The position numbers and the translations under genes were made by a program. The notes under the pieces were generated by a model that saw only the letters and a program-made list of their open reading frames with translations, was not told the DNA's origin and searched no databases. Of a stretch of DNA of 32,000 bases, positions 9,293 to 17,309 are shown one piece after another. This DNA comes from Pseudomonas aeruginosa (lineage in GTDB: Bacteria > Pseudomonadota > Gammaproteobacteria > Pseudomonadales > Pseudomonadaceae), in contig NZ_LN831024.1 in assembly GCF_001457615.1 (NCBI RefSeq), positions 2,550,001-2,582,000 of the forward strand. Direction: 5' to 3'. Every line of letters begins with the position of its first letter. Positions within the stretch are counted from its first letter, which is position 1.

Positions 9293-9427
9293 GCGCTGCC
9301 CGGGCATTAATTGATAACTATAAGTTATTTATCGATTGTTTTTTATTCCAATAATCTATCCGTTCCGTCGCCGGCAGCTGGAACTCCCGTCCCTGCGGGC
9401 GCTCGCACCTATCCCAGGAGTCATCGC

Positions 9428-10387
9428 ATGTCTCGTCCGTTCCTGCGTCGCTTGGCCATCGTGTTTGCCGCTTCCGCCGTCCTGTCGGGCATTGGTGGCG
9501 CACAGGCCGAGGAGGTCCTGCGCATCGGCTTCCAGAAATCCTCGACTCTGCTGACCCTGATCCGCAGCCAGGGCACCTTCGAGCGCGAGTTGGCCAGGCA
9601 GGGCATCCGGGTGTCCTGGCATGAGTTCCCCAGCGGCCTGCCGTTGCTCGAATCGCTCAATGTCGGCAACGTCGATCTCTCCGCCGACGTCGCCGACACC
9701 GTGCCGGTGTTCGCCCAGGCGGCGGGTGCTCGCCTGACCTACTTCGCCCGCGAAACACCTTCGCCCGCGGCGCAGGCGATACTGGTCGGCGAACATTCGC
9801 CGCTGAAGTCCCTGGCCGAGCTGAAGGGCAAGCGCATCGCCGTGACCAAGGCCGCCGGCAGCCACTACCTGCTGATCGCCGCGCTGGCCAGCGCCGGGCT
9901 TGAGTTCTCCGACATCCAGCCAGCCTACCTGACGCCAGCCGACGGCCGCGCCGCCTTCGAGAACGGCAAGGTCGACGCCTGGGTGACCTGGGACCCCTAC
10001 GTGGCAAGCGCCCAGCGCCAGCAACGCGCGCGGGTACTGGCCGACGGCCAGGGCCTGGCCAGCTACCAGCGCTACTACCTCGCCTCCAGCGACTACGCCA
10101 GGAAACATCCTGAAGTGCTCCAGCAGGTCTTCGCCGAACTGCAGCGCACCGGGCGCTGGCTCAAGAGCCACCCGGCCGACGCGGCCAAGGTGCTGGGGCC
10201 GCTGTGGGGCAATCTCGATGCCGCTACCGTCGAGCAGGCGAATGCGCGGCGCAGCTACGACGTACAACCGGTGAGCGCAGATGGTCTCGACGAGCAACAG
10301 CGCATCGCCGACGCCTTCCACGCCCAGGGACTGCTACCCAAACCGGTGGATGCGCGCGCCGTGGAGGTATGGCAGCCGCGGCACTGA
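9428..10387 (+). CDS. SsuA/TauA-like periplasmic substrate-binding protein
   Basis: MSRPFLRRLAIVFAASAVLSGIGGAQAEEVLRIGFQKSSTLLTLIRSQG...ENGKVDAWVTWDPYVASAQ. Confidence 0.88.
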   Translation: MSRPFLRRLAIVFAASAVLSGIGGAQAEEVLRIGFQKSSTLLTLIRSQGTFERELARQGIRVSWHEFPSGLPLLESLNVGNVDLSADVADTVPVFAQAAGARLTYFARETPSPAAQAILVGEHSPLKSLAELKGKRIAVTKAAGSHYLLIAALASAGLEFSDIQPAYLTPADGRAAFENGKVDAWVTWDPYVASAQRQQRARVLADGQGLASYQRYYLASSDYARKHPEVLQQVFAELQRTGRWLKSHPADAAKVLGPLWGNLDAATVEQANARRSYDVQPVSADGLDEQQRIADAFHAQGLLPKPVDARAVEVWQPRH

Positions 10388-10401
10388 GCGGCGCGGCTGC
10401 C
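10371..10401. terminator. Strong GC-rich hairpin spanning the stop codon of the last SBP gene, between convergent genes
   Basis: GGCAGCCGCG / CGCGGCTGCC: perfect 10-bp arms, 11-nt loop. No U tract. Confidence 0.35.
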
Positions 10402-10453
10402 CTGTGATGCGCGGCACCGGCGGCCAGCGTAGCTTGCCGCTGGCGCGCGTCCT

Positions 10454-11026
10454 TCAGGCCAGCCCATAGCTGATCTGCTCGGCTTTGACGTGGAACGCCT
10501 GCTCACGGCTCGGAAGATGCTGGTTGGCATCGGCGTTGCCCTGGCGCAGGCGTTCGGACCTCAGCGTCGGCAGGCGGAACACATCCTGCCGCTCGGTCTG
10601 CAACGCATTGCCGCGCATCAGCTCCATCAACGGAACCTGCATGGCCGGGGTGCTCTGGCCGAGGAAGTAGTTGGGCACCTCGTCGCACCACAGCAGCATG
10701 TAGTCGCTCACCGCATCGTGCTCGGCGTCGAGCACCACGTACTCGACGCGGTGGCGCAGGACCACTTCGGCGTCGATGCTCCAGCGGGTGTCCACGGTGA
10801 ACAGCGGAACGTGCTTTTCCACGTCCACCAGCAGGCCATTCACCGCCTTGCAGCCGGACTTGCGGCAGGCCACGTGGTAGCGCTTGTCGGGGAGGGGGTG
10901 ACGCGCCACCACGTCGCGCCCGCCAAGCAGGTGCAGGTCGAACTCCTTGATGCGGATGTCGATCAACTCGCACGGTAGGTCGAACCCCGCAGGCGTCAGC
11001 AGCCTGGGGCAGAAATGGATAAGCAT
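10454..11026 (-). CDS. qteE: QteE, quorum threshold expression element (anti-activator affecting LasR/RhlR stability)
   Basis: 190 aa MLIHFCPRLLTPAGFDLPCELIDIRIKEFDLHLLGGRDVVARHPLPDKRYHVACRK...; recognised sequence and its position beside the vqsR block. Confidence 0.88.
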   Translation of the reverse strand: MLIHFCPRLLTPAGFDLPCELIDIRIKEFDLHLLGGRDVVARHPLPDKRYHVACRKSGCKAVNGLLVDVEKHVPLFTVDTRWSIDAEVVLRHRVEYVVLDAEHDAVSDYMLLWCDEVPNYFLGQSTPAMQVPLMELMRGNALQTERQDVFRLPTLRSERLRQGNADANQHLPSREQAFHVKAEQISYGLA

Positions 11027-11232
11027 GGTTTTCTCCATCAGGCATGCCCGGGGCTTTCCCGCCCTGGGGGAGAGGTATCTCTATCGGTCGCAGGTCAGCC
11101 GGCAAGCCGCATCCTGACGGACGAGGCAGAGCCTCGCCCGGTGAAAGACGCGAACGCCGGTCCTGGCGGACCTCGCTGGATTTTTCTGGCTCCGGGCGCT
11201 CCCGCGCTTCCAGGGGGCGTCTCGGGCGGGTG

Positions 11233-12336
11233 TCAGCTCCCGGTCTTGACCCGGCTCCAGACCCGGGTACGGATTCTCTCGACCTTCAGTGGCAGGGTTT
11301 CCAGCGGGAAGAGGGTCGCCATGGTTTCCTTGCTCAGGTAAACCGCCGGGTTTTCCCGCAGCTTCCGCTCTACCAGCGGCAGCGCCGCCTGGTTGCCATT
11401 CGGATAGCCCACGTAGTTGGAGGTCCTGGCGATGACCTCCGGACGCAGCAGGTAGTCGATCAGCGCATAACCCTGCTGCGGATGCGGTGCATCCTTGAGC
11501 AGCACCATGTTCTCGGCCCAGACCAGCGAGCCTTCCCGGGGAATGCTGTAGGCGATATGGCGACCGTTCCCGGCCTGTTCGTTGTTGACCTGGGCCATGT
11601 AGGCCGTACCCTGCCAGCCGACCACCACGCAGACGTTGCCGTTGGAGAGATCGGTGTCGACTCTGGAGGAGTCGAAATAGCGAATGTAGGGGCGAACCTT
11701 CAGCAACAGTTCCTGGGCTTTCTGGTAGTCCTCGGGATTCTGGCTGTTGTGCGGCAGGCCCAGGTAGTTGAGGGCGATGGACACCAGCTCGGTGGAGGAG
11801 TCCAGCGTGGCCACGCCGCACTGGCTGAGGCGGGAGATGTTCTCCTCCTTGAAGACCAGGTCCCAGGAGTCGACCGGCGCGTCGGGGCCGAGCAGCTTGC
11901 GGACCTTGTCCACGTCGTAGGCGATCCCGGTGGTTCCCCAGAGATAAGGTACGGCATAGCGATTGCCGGGATCGTTGGCCTGAAGCTTCCCGAGGATGTC
12001 CGCGTCGAGGTTCTTCCAGTGGGGGAGCCGGTCGCGGTCGAGTTCCTGGAGGACGCCCGCCTTGATCAGCCCGGGCAGGATGTTGGAGGTGATCACCACC
12101 ACGTCGTAGCCGGAGCGGCCGACCATCAGTTTGCCCTGCGCGGTCTCGGCGCTGTCGAAGGTGTCGAGGACGACACGGGTGCCGGTTTCCTTCTGGAAAG
12201 CCTTGGGCGTTTCCGGGGCGATGAAGTCATACCAGTTGTAAAGATGGACGCTGGTTTGCGCAGCCCATGCACTGTCCGCCGCTGTCGCACCGATCGTCGT
12301 CAGGATCGATAACGCCAGTGCACAAACTTTTTTCAT
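11233..12336 (-). CDS. PotF/SpuD-like spermidine/putrescine periplasmic binding protein
   Basis: 367 aa; signal peptide, VHLYNWYDFIAPETPKAFQKETGTRVVLDTFDSAE, VVVITSNILPGLIKAG, YLWGTTGIAYDVDKV. Confidence 0.9.
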   Translation of the reverse strand: MKKVCALALSILTTIGATAADSAWAAQTSVHLYNWYDFIAPETPKAFQKETGTRVVLDTFDSAETAQGKLMVGRSGYDVVVITSNILPGLIKAGVLQELDRDRLPHWKNLDADILGKLQANDPGNRYAVPYLWGTTGIAYDVDKVRKLLGPDAPVDSWDLVFKEENISRLSQCGVATLDSSTELVSIALNYLGLPHNSQNPEDYQKAQELLLKVRPYIRYFDSSRVDTDLSNGNVCVVVGWQGTAYMAQVNNEQAGNGRHIAYSIPREGSLVWAENMVLLKDAPHPQQGYALIDYLLRPEVIARTSNYVGYPNGNQAALPLVERKLRENPAVYLSKETMATLFPLETLPLKVERIRTRVWSRVKTGS

Positions 12337-12374
12337 TGGATTTCCTTTCCGAAACGAAACAAGTTGGATTTTGC

Positions 12375-12394
12375 ACCTACCAGAACTGGTAGTT
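12375..12394. promoter_or_regulatory. las box (LasR-type operator) upstream of vqsR
   Basis: ACCTACCAGAACTGGTAGTT: CTACCAG..CTGGTAG dyad with CT-N12-AG spacing, 95 bp upstream of the vqsR ATG. LasR control of vqsR is established in the literature. Confidence 0.75.
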
Positions 12395-12488
12395 CTGACC
12401 TGTGGCTATCTTCGAAGGCATCGATATTATGCACATTGGAACTCTTCATGACATAACGCCGAGTGACTAATCCCAGAGGAGTAGTTGT

Positions 12489-13295
12489 GTGGATATCGCA
12501 TTGCACGGCGGCGCCTGGCACGAGTCACTGGGAAAGTTGCTCGAAGCGCTGGACCGGCCGTTCTTCTGGCGGATCCTGGCGCAGACCCTCGGCCAGTTCG
12601 CCCCCGTCGACAACTGGGCGGCCCTGATATTCAGCGATTCCAGTCCCTTGATTCTTTCCTTCATGGAGGAGGAGAGAGAAGAAGTCGAGCCGGACCCGCT
12701 GATCAGTCGATATATAACCGGACTTTATCTGCAAGATCCTTTCTACCAGGTATCCAGGAACTGTCGGCGCGGCGGGCTTTTTCATCTTGCGGATATCGTC
12801 TCCGAAGATTTCGAAACGACCGAATATTACAATACGTACTTTGCGCATTATGTGGTGACGGACGAAGTTCAATATAACGTCCCGCTGGATGGTGAAAGAA
12901 CCCTATGCCTGTCGTTGGGCAGCGAGAGCCGCTTCGGTGCCGAGCAGATCGCGCTGTTCGAGCTGCTTCGCCCGTGGGTCATCGCGCTGATGAAAAAACG
13001 CATCCACTTCGAGGATGCGGTCAGGGAGGAGGCGAAACCGATCGCAGCGGCGGAGGTGGAAGTCCAGCCCTGGAGAGGGTTGATATCGCCGCTGACCGCG
13101 CGGGAGTCGGATGTCATCCGGCTGATGCTGGATGGATACTCGAACAAGGAAATAGCGGATCGGCTGACGCTGTCGATCGCCACTATCAAGGTGCATCGCC
13201 GGCACATCTACGCGAAGCTGAACGTGAAGTCCCACTCCGAGATATTCGCGCTGTTGATCAACCCGCCCGCGCCGCGGCTCGCCGACGCACGCTAG
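12489..13295 (+). CDS. vqsR: VqsR, LuxR-family virulence and quorum-sensing regulator
   Basis: 268 aa with C-terminal LuxR HTH (LTARESDVIRLMLDGYSNKEIADRLTLSIATIKVHRRHIYAKLNVKSHSEIFALL); genomic position between the PotF-like gene and the TonB receptor gene. Confidence 0.88.
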   Translation: MDIALHGGAWHESLGKLLEALDRPFFWRILAQTLGQFAPVDNWAALIFSDSSPLILSFMEEEREEVEPDPLISRYITGLYLQDPFYQVSRNCRRGGLFHLADIVSEDFETTEYYNTYFAHYVVTDEVQYNVPLDGERTLCLSLGSESRFGAEQIALFELLRPWVIALMKKRIHFEDAVREEAKPIAAAEVEVQPWRGLISPLTARESDVIRLMLDGYSNKEIADRLTLSIATIKVHRRHIYAKLNVKSHSEIFALLINPPAPRLADAR

Positions 13296-13320
13296 TGCGC
13301 CGCCTGCGGAGGAACCCGGG

Positions 13321-13336
13321 CGCATAAGGTTATGCG
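13321..13336. repeat. Inverted repeat CGCATAAGGTTATGCG
   Basis: Perfect 7-bp arms CGCATAA/TTATGCG separated by GG, between the vqsR stop and the TonB receptor gene. Confidence 0.6.
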
Positions 13337-13414
13337 AAATTCATATTGCCCGACGCTGAAAAAGCCGGCGTCGGATTGCACTCATGGGCGAATTCCATCC
13401 AGGACGATTCGACC

Positions 13415-16069
13415 ATGCCCGATGTACGTCTTTCCTCTCGTTCGTTGACCCCCGTGCTCTGTGCGGTGGGGCTCGCCTGCGCGCTGCAGGGCGAGGTGCA
13501 GGCCGCCGACGGTGGGCCGCGCGACGCGGCCACGGCGCCCCGGGTATTCGACATAGCGCCCGGCGAACTGGCCGAGGTGTTGTTGAACATCGTGCGCCAG
13601 GGACACGTGCCGATCGCCTTCGACCAGCGCCTGGTGGCGGGGTTGCGCGGACCAGATATCCGCGGCCGGCTCAGTGTCGAGGAGGCCTTGCGGCGTGCCC
13701 TGGCCGGCAGCGGGCTGGCATACGCGCAGGACGAAAGCGGTGCCTTCGTCCTGCGCCGCGGACAGGCGCCTGTGCAGGAGACGCGAGGTGCGACGGTGGC
13801 ACCGACCTTGTCCACCGTGGTGGTCACCGGCACGCGCAAGAGCGATGTGAAGGCGCAGGACAGCCTGAGCCCGATCGATGTGGTCAGCGCTACCCAGCTA
13901 CGCAGTAGCGGTGCGGTCGATCTGCGCGATGCGCTGGTCAAACTGCTGCCCTCGCTGACCCGCCAGGCCCAGCCGTTCAACGCCTCGGCGTTGACCCACA
14001 CGCAGTCGCTGCGCGGGCTGAGCCCCAACCATGTGCTGGTGCTGGTGAACGGCAAGCGTCGCCACGAAACGGCCAATCTCAATATCAGCGGCGGGCTGGA
14101 GAAGGGCTCCACCGGCGTCGATCTGGACACCATCCCGATCAACGCCATCGAGCGGGTCGAGGTGCTGCGCGACGGCGCCTCGGCGCAGTACGGTTCGGAC
14201 GCCATCGCCGGGGTGATCAACGTCATCCTCAAGTCCGCCGACAGCGGCGGGTCGGCGGCCGCTGACGTCGGGCAGACCGGCGACGGCGACGGCTTCACCC
14301 ATGGCGGCGGGGGGAACATCGGGCTGGCCTTCGGCGATAGCGGCTTCGTCAACCTCACCGCCGAATATCGCGAGCAGGAGCGCACGATGCGCAGCGGCAT
14401 CGATGAGCGCACCGGTCGGCGCGACAATATTTCCATGGGCGATCCCGCGTTCCACCGGCAATCGTTGGCGCTCAACTCGGGTTTCGGGTTGGGCGACGAT
14501 ATCGAGGTGTACGGCTTCGGCACCTATACCCGGCGCAAGGCCTCCTCGGCGGCCAACTATCGCCTGGCTTCGGTGGCGCCGACGCTGTATCCGGACGGTT
14601 TCACGCCGCGCCCGAACAGCGACGAGGACGACTATGCGTTCCTCGCCGGGGTGCGCGGCGAGCGTCTGCTGGATGCCTGGCACTGGGACCTGAGCAGTGG
14701 CTACGGCGCCGACCGTCCCGATATCGGCATGACCCAGTCGGTGAACGCGGCGATCTACCGTGAAACCGGCAACAGCCCGAGAAGCTTCGACCTGGCGCGC
14801 TACCGCAACAGCCAATGGACCAGCAACCTGGACCTGGGGCGAGAATTCGAACTGGATTTCCTCGCTGCTCCGCTGGCGTTGTCGCTGGGTGCGGAATACC
14901 GGCGGGAAAGCTACCGCATCGACGCCGGCGACCCGGCGTCCTACTACAGCGGCGGGGCGGAATCCCTGGCTGGCCTCTCGCCGCTCAGCGAGGGGCAATG
15001 GTCGCGGCACGCCTGGGCGTCCTACCTGGACCTGGGTACCTCCCTGACCCCAGCCTGGGAGGTCGACGTGGCGGTGCGCCACGAGAAATTCAGCGACTTC
15101 GGCAGCACCACCAACGGCAAGTTCGCCACCCGTTACCAGTTCGATCCGCGGGTGGCGCTGCGCGCCAGCGTAAGCAGCGGGTTCCGCGCGCCGTCCCTGG
15201 TCCAGGAGCACTACACCGGCCTCAGCGTCGGCCCGACCATCGCCCTTGGCCTGCTGGCGGCCAACTCGCCGGCGGCGAAGATGCTCGGCGCCGACGAACT
15301 GCAACCGGAGAAGTCGACCAGCTTCAACCTTGGCCTGGTACTCAGCCCGTGGGAAAACGTCGGGCTGAACATCGACGCCTACCAGATCAGCATCCGCGAC
15401 CGCATCGTCGACAGCGCCACCTATTCCGGCCAGGAAGCCATCGATGCCCTGGCCGCGGCGGGGATCTCGTTGCCGGCCAGTGCCAGTACGGTCAGTACCC
15501 ACTACCTGGCCAACGGTGCCGACACCCGCACCCGCGGTGTCGACATCACCGGTCACTACCTCGTCGCGCTTGGCGAGTACGGGCAGGTCGACTGGGAACT
15601 GTCGGCCAACTTCAACCGCACCACCTTGCGCAAGAACCATCGAGGCGCCAACGGCGAGCCGCTGCTCAATGCCCAGCAGGTCGCCTGGATCACCAGCTCC
15701 ACCCCGCGCAGCCAGGTTTCCCTCGGCGGCACCTGGAGCCGCCAGGACTGGGAGGTCAGCCTGCGCCTGACGCGCTACGGCCGGACCAGCTCGGAACTCG
15801 ACTACACGGTAGGGCCGGACGCCTGGTCGACGGAGAAATTCAACCATTTCGTCAACGACCCGAAGTACATCACCGACATCGCCGCGCGCTACCGGCTCAG
15901 CGCCGACCTGACGCTGACCGCCGGCGCCGACAACCTGTTCGACGTCCGTCCGGACAAGCTGCCCGCGCAGAACACCACCTATGGCGACGTGCTGCGCTAC
16001 GACACCTATGCCTCGCAGATCGGCTTCAACGGCGCCTTCTACTACCTACGCGCGGCATACCGCTTCTAG
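13415..16069 (+). CDS. TonB-dependent outer-membrane receptor with N-terminal STN (secretin/TonB short) domain
   Basis: STN-like segment (FDIAPGELAEVLLNIVRQGHVPIAFDQRLVAGLRGPDIRGRLSVEEALRRALAGSGLAYAQDESGAFVLRRG), plug (RVEVLRDGASAQYGSDAIAGVINVILK) and C-terminal FNGAFYYLRAAYRF. Confidence 0.93.
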   Translation: MPDVRLSSRSLTPVLCAVGLACALQGEVQAADGGPRDAATAPRVFDIAPGELAEVLLNIVRQGHVPIAFDQRLVAGLRGPDIRGRLSVEEALRRALAGSGLAYAQDESGAFVLRRGQAPVQETRGATVAPTLSTVVVTGTRKSDVKAQDSLSPIDVVSATQLRSSGAVDLRDALVKLLPSLTRQAQPFNASALTHTQSLRGLSPNHVLVLVNGKRRHETANLNISGGLEKGSTGVDLDTIPINAIERVEVLRDGASAQYGSDAIAGVINVILKSADSGGSAAADVGQTGDGDGFTHGGGGNIGLAFGDSGFVNLTAEYREQERTMRSGIDERTGRRDNISMGDPAFHRQSLALNSGFGLGDDIEVYGFGTYTRRKASSAANYRLASVAPTLYPDGFTPRPNSDEDDYAFLAGVRGERLLDAWHWDLSSGYGADRPDIGMTQSVNAAIYRETGNSPRSFDLARYRNSQWTSNLDLGREFELDFLAAPLALSLGAEYRRESYRIDAGDPASYYSGGAESLAGLSPLSEGQWSRHAWASYLDLGTSLTPAWEVDVAVRHEKFSDFGSTTNGKFATRYQFDPRVALRASVSSGFRAPSLVQEHYTGLSVGPTIALGLLAANSPAAKMLGADELQPEKSTSFNLGLVLSPWENVGLNIDAYQISIRDRIVDSATYSGQEAIDALAAAGISLPASASTVSTHYLANGADTRTRGVDITGHYLVALGEYGQVDWELSANFNRTTLRKNHRGANGEPLLNAQQVAWITSSTPRSQVSLGGTWSRQDWEVSLRLTRYGRTSSELDYTVGPDAWSTEKFNHFVNDPKYITDIAARYRLSADLTLTAGADNLFDVRPDKLPAQNTTYGDVLRYDTYASQIGFNGAFYYLRAAYRF

Positions 16070-16079
16070 AGGGCCAGGC

Positions 16080-17294
16080 GTGGCGCAACGAGAATTTTCC
16101 GCGACCAGCGGCGGTGTGCTGCTGGCGTCGGTGGTGGCGATCATGCTCGGGCCCACCGGCATCCTGCTGAACACCTTCAGTCTGTTCATCGCACCGATGA
16201 GCGCCGAGTACGCCTGGGACCGCGCCGAGGTGTCGTTGCTGGTGACGCTGTTCGGACTGGCGGTCGCCATCACCAGCCCGCTCAAGGGCTGGCTGATCGA
16301 CCGTTGGGGCGCGCGGCGGACAATGCTCGGGCTGACCGCCGCCCTGTCGCTGCCGCTGCTCGGCCTGGCGGCGGTGAATGCCGTCTGGCAACTCTACGCG
16401 CTGTTCCTGCTGATCGGCCTGCTGGCGCCAGGCAACCTGCCTTACGGACGTATCCTCGGACTCTGGTTCCGCCAACGCCTGGGCGTGGCCTACGGCCTGC
16501 TAGGCCTGGGCTTCGGGGTGGGCGGGCCGCTGGGCCTGCTGGTCGGCCACCAGAGCCTCGAAGCGTGGGGCTGGCGCGGCGCTTTCCTGGTCTACGGCGT
16601 GCTCGAACTGGGCCTGGCGCTGCCGCTGCTGGCCTGGCTGTTCCGCGAGCCAGCGCCGGATGCTGGCGTGGCCGCCGGCACGGCCGTAGCGGAAACCGCG
16701 CTGAGCGGATCGACGGCGCCCCAGGCCTGGCGCAGCGCCAGTTTCTGGCTGGTGCTGGGCAACCAGGTACTGGCGGTGTTCGTGATGTCCGGGATCATGA
16801 CCCATGGCGTGCCGATGCTGGTGGAGCGCGGTTTGTCCCGGGGCGAGGCGGGCACCGCGCTGTCGGCGTTGTGGGTCGGCATGATGCTGTCGCAGCCGCT
16901 GATGGGCTGGCTTCTCGACCGCGTGGCGACGCCTCGGGTGGCGTTGCCCTTCGCCCTGGCGGCGGTGCTCGGCATGGCCTGGTTCCTGGTGGGCGACACA
17001 CCGAGCGGTCTATGGCTGGCGGTGTTCCTGGTCGGCCTGGGTGGAGGAGGGGAAAGCGGCACCACCAAGTACCTGTTGATGCGCTACTTCGGCCTGCGCA
17101 GTTTCGGTGTGATCTACGGTTCGATCCAGCCGTTCACCTTCGCCCTGTCGATCAGTCTCGGCGCTTACCTGCTGGGCTGGCTGTACGACCGCGCCGAAGG
17201 CTACGGGACGGCCGAATGGGTGCTGCTCGCGGCTTTTTCCCTGGCTGCGTGCAGCCTGTTCGCCTTTCGCCCCTATCCGCAGAAATTGCCCTGA
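16080..17294 (+). CDS. Major facilitator superfamily transporter
   Basis: 404 aa from GTG, multiple hydrophobic helices, GWLIDRWGARRTMLGLTA motif between TM2 and TM3. Confidence 0.85.
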   Translation: MAQREFSATSGGVLLASVVAIMLGPTGILLNTFSLFIAPMSAEYAWDRAEVSLLVTLFGLAVAITSPLKGWLIDRWGARRTMLGLTAALSLPLLGLAAVNAVWQLYALFLLIGLLAPGNLPYGRILGLWFRQRLGVAYGLLGLGFGVGGPLGLLVGHQSLEAWGWRGAFLVYGVLELGLALPLLAWLFREPAPDAGVAAGTAVAETALSGSTAPQAWRSASFWLVLGNQVLAVFVMSGIMTHGVPMLVERGLSRGEAGTALSALWVGMMLSQPLMGWLLDRVATPRVALPFALAAVLGMAWFLVGDTPSGLWLAVFLVGLGGGGESGTTKYLLMRYFGLRSFGVIYGSIQPFTFALSISLGAYLLGWLYDRAEGYGTAEWVLLAAFSLAACSLFAFRPYPQKLP

Positions 17295-17309
17295 AGGGAA
17301 TCATGCCGG

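Noticed and set aside
13898-15847. 649 aa antisense ORF within the TonB receptor gene
   Set aside because: No domain features; it is the antisense shadow of a strongly supported receptor gene.
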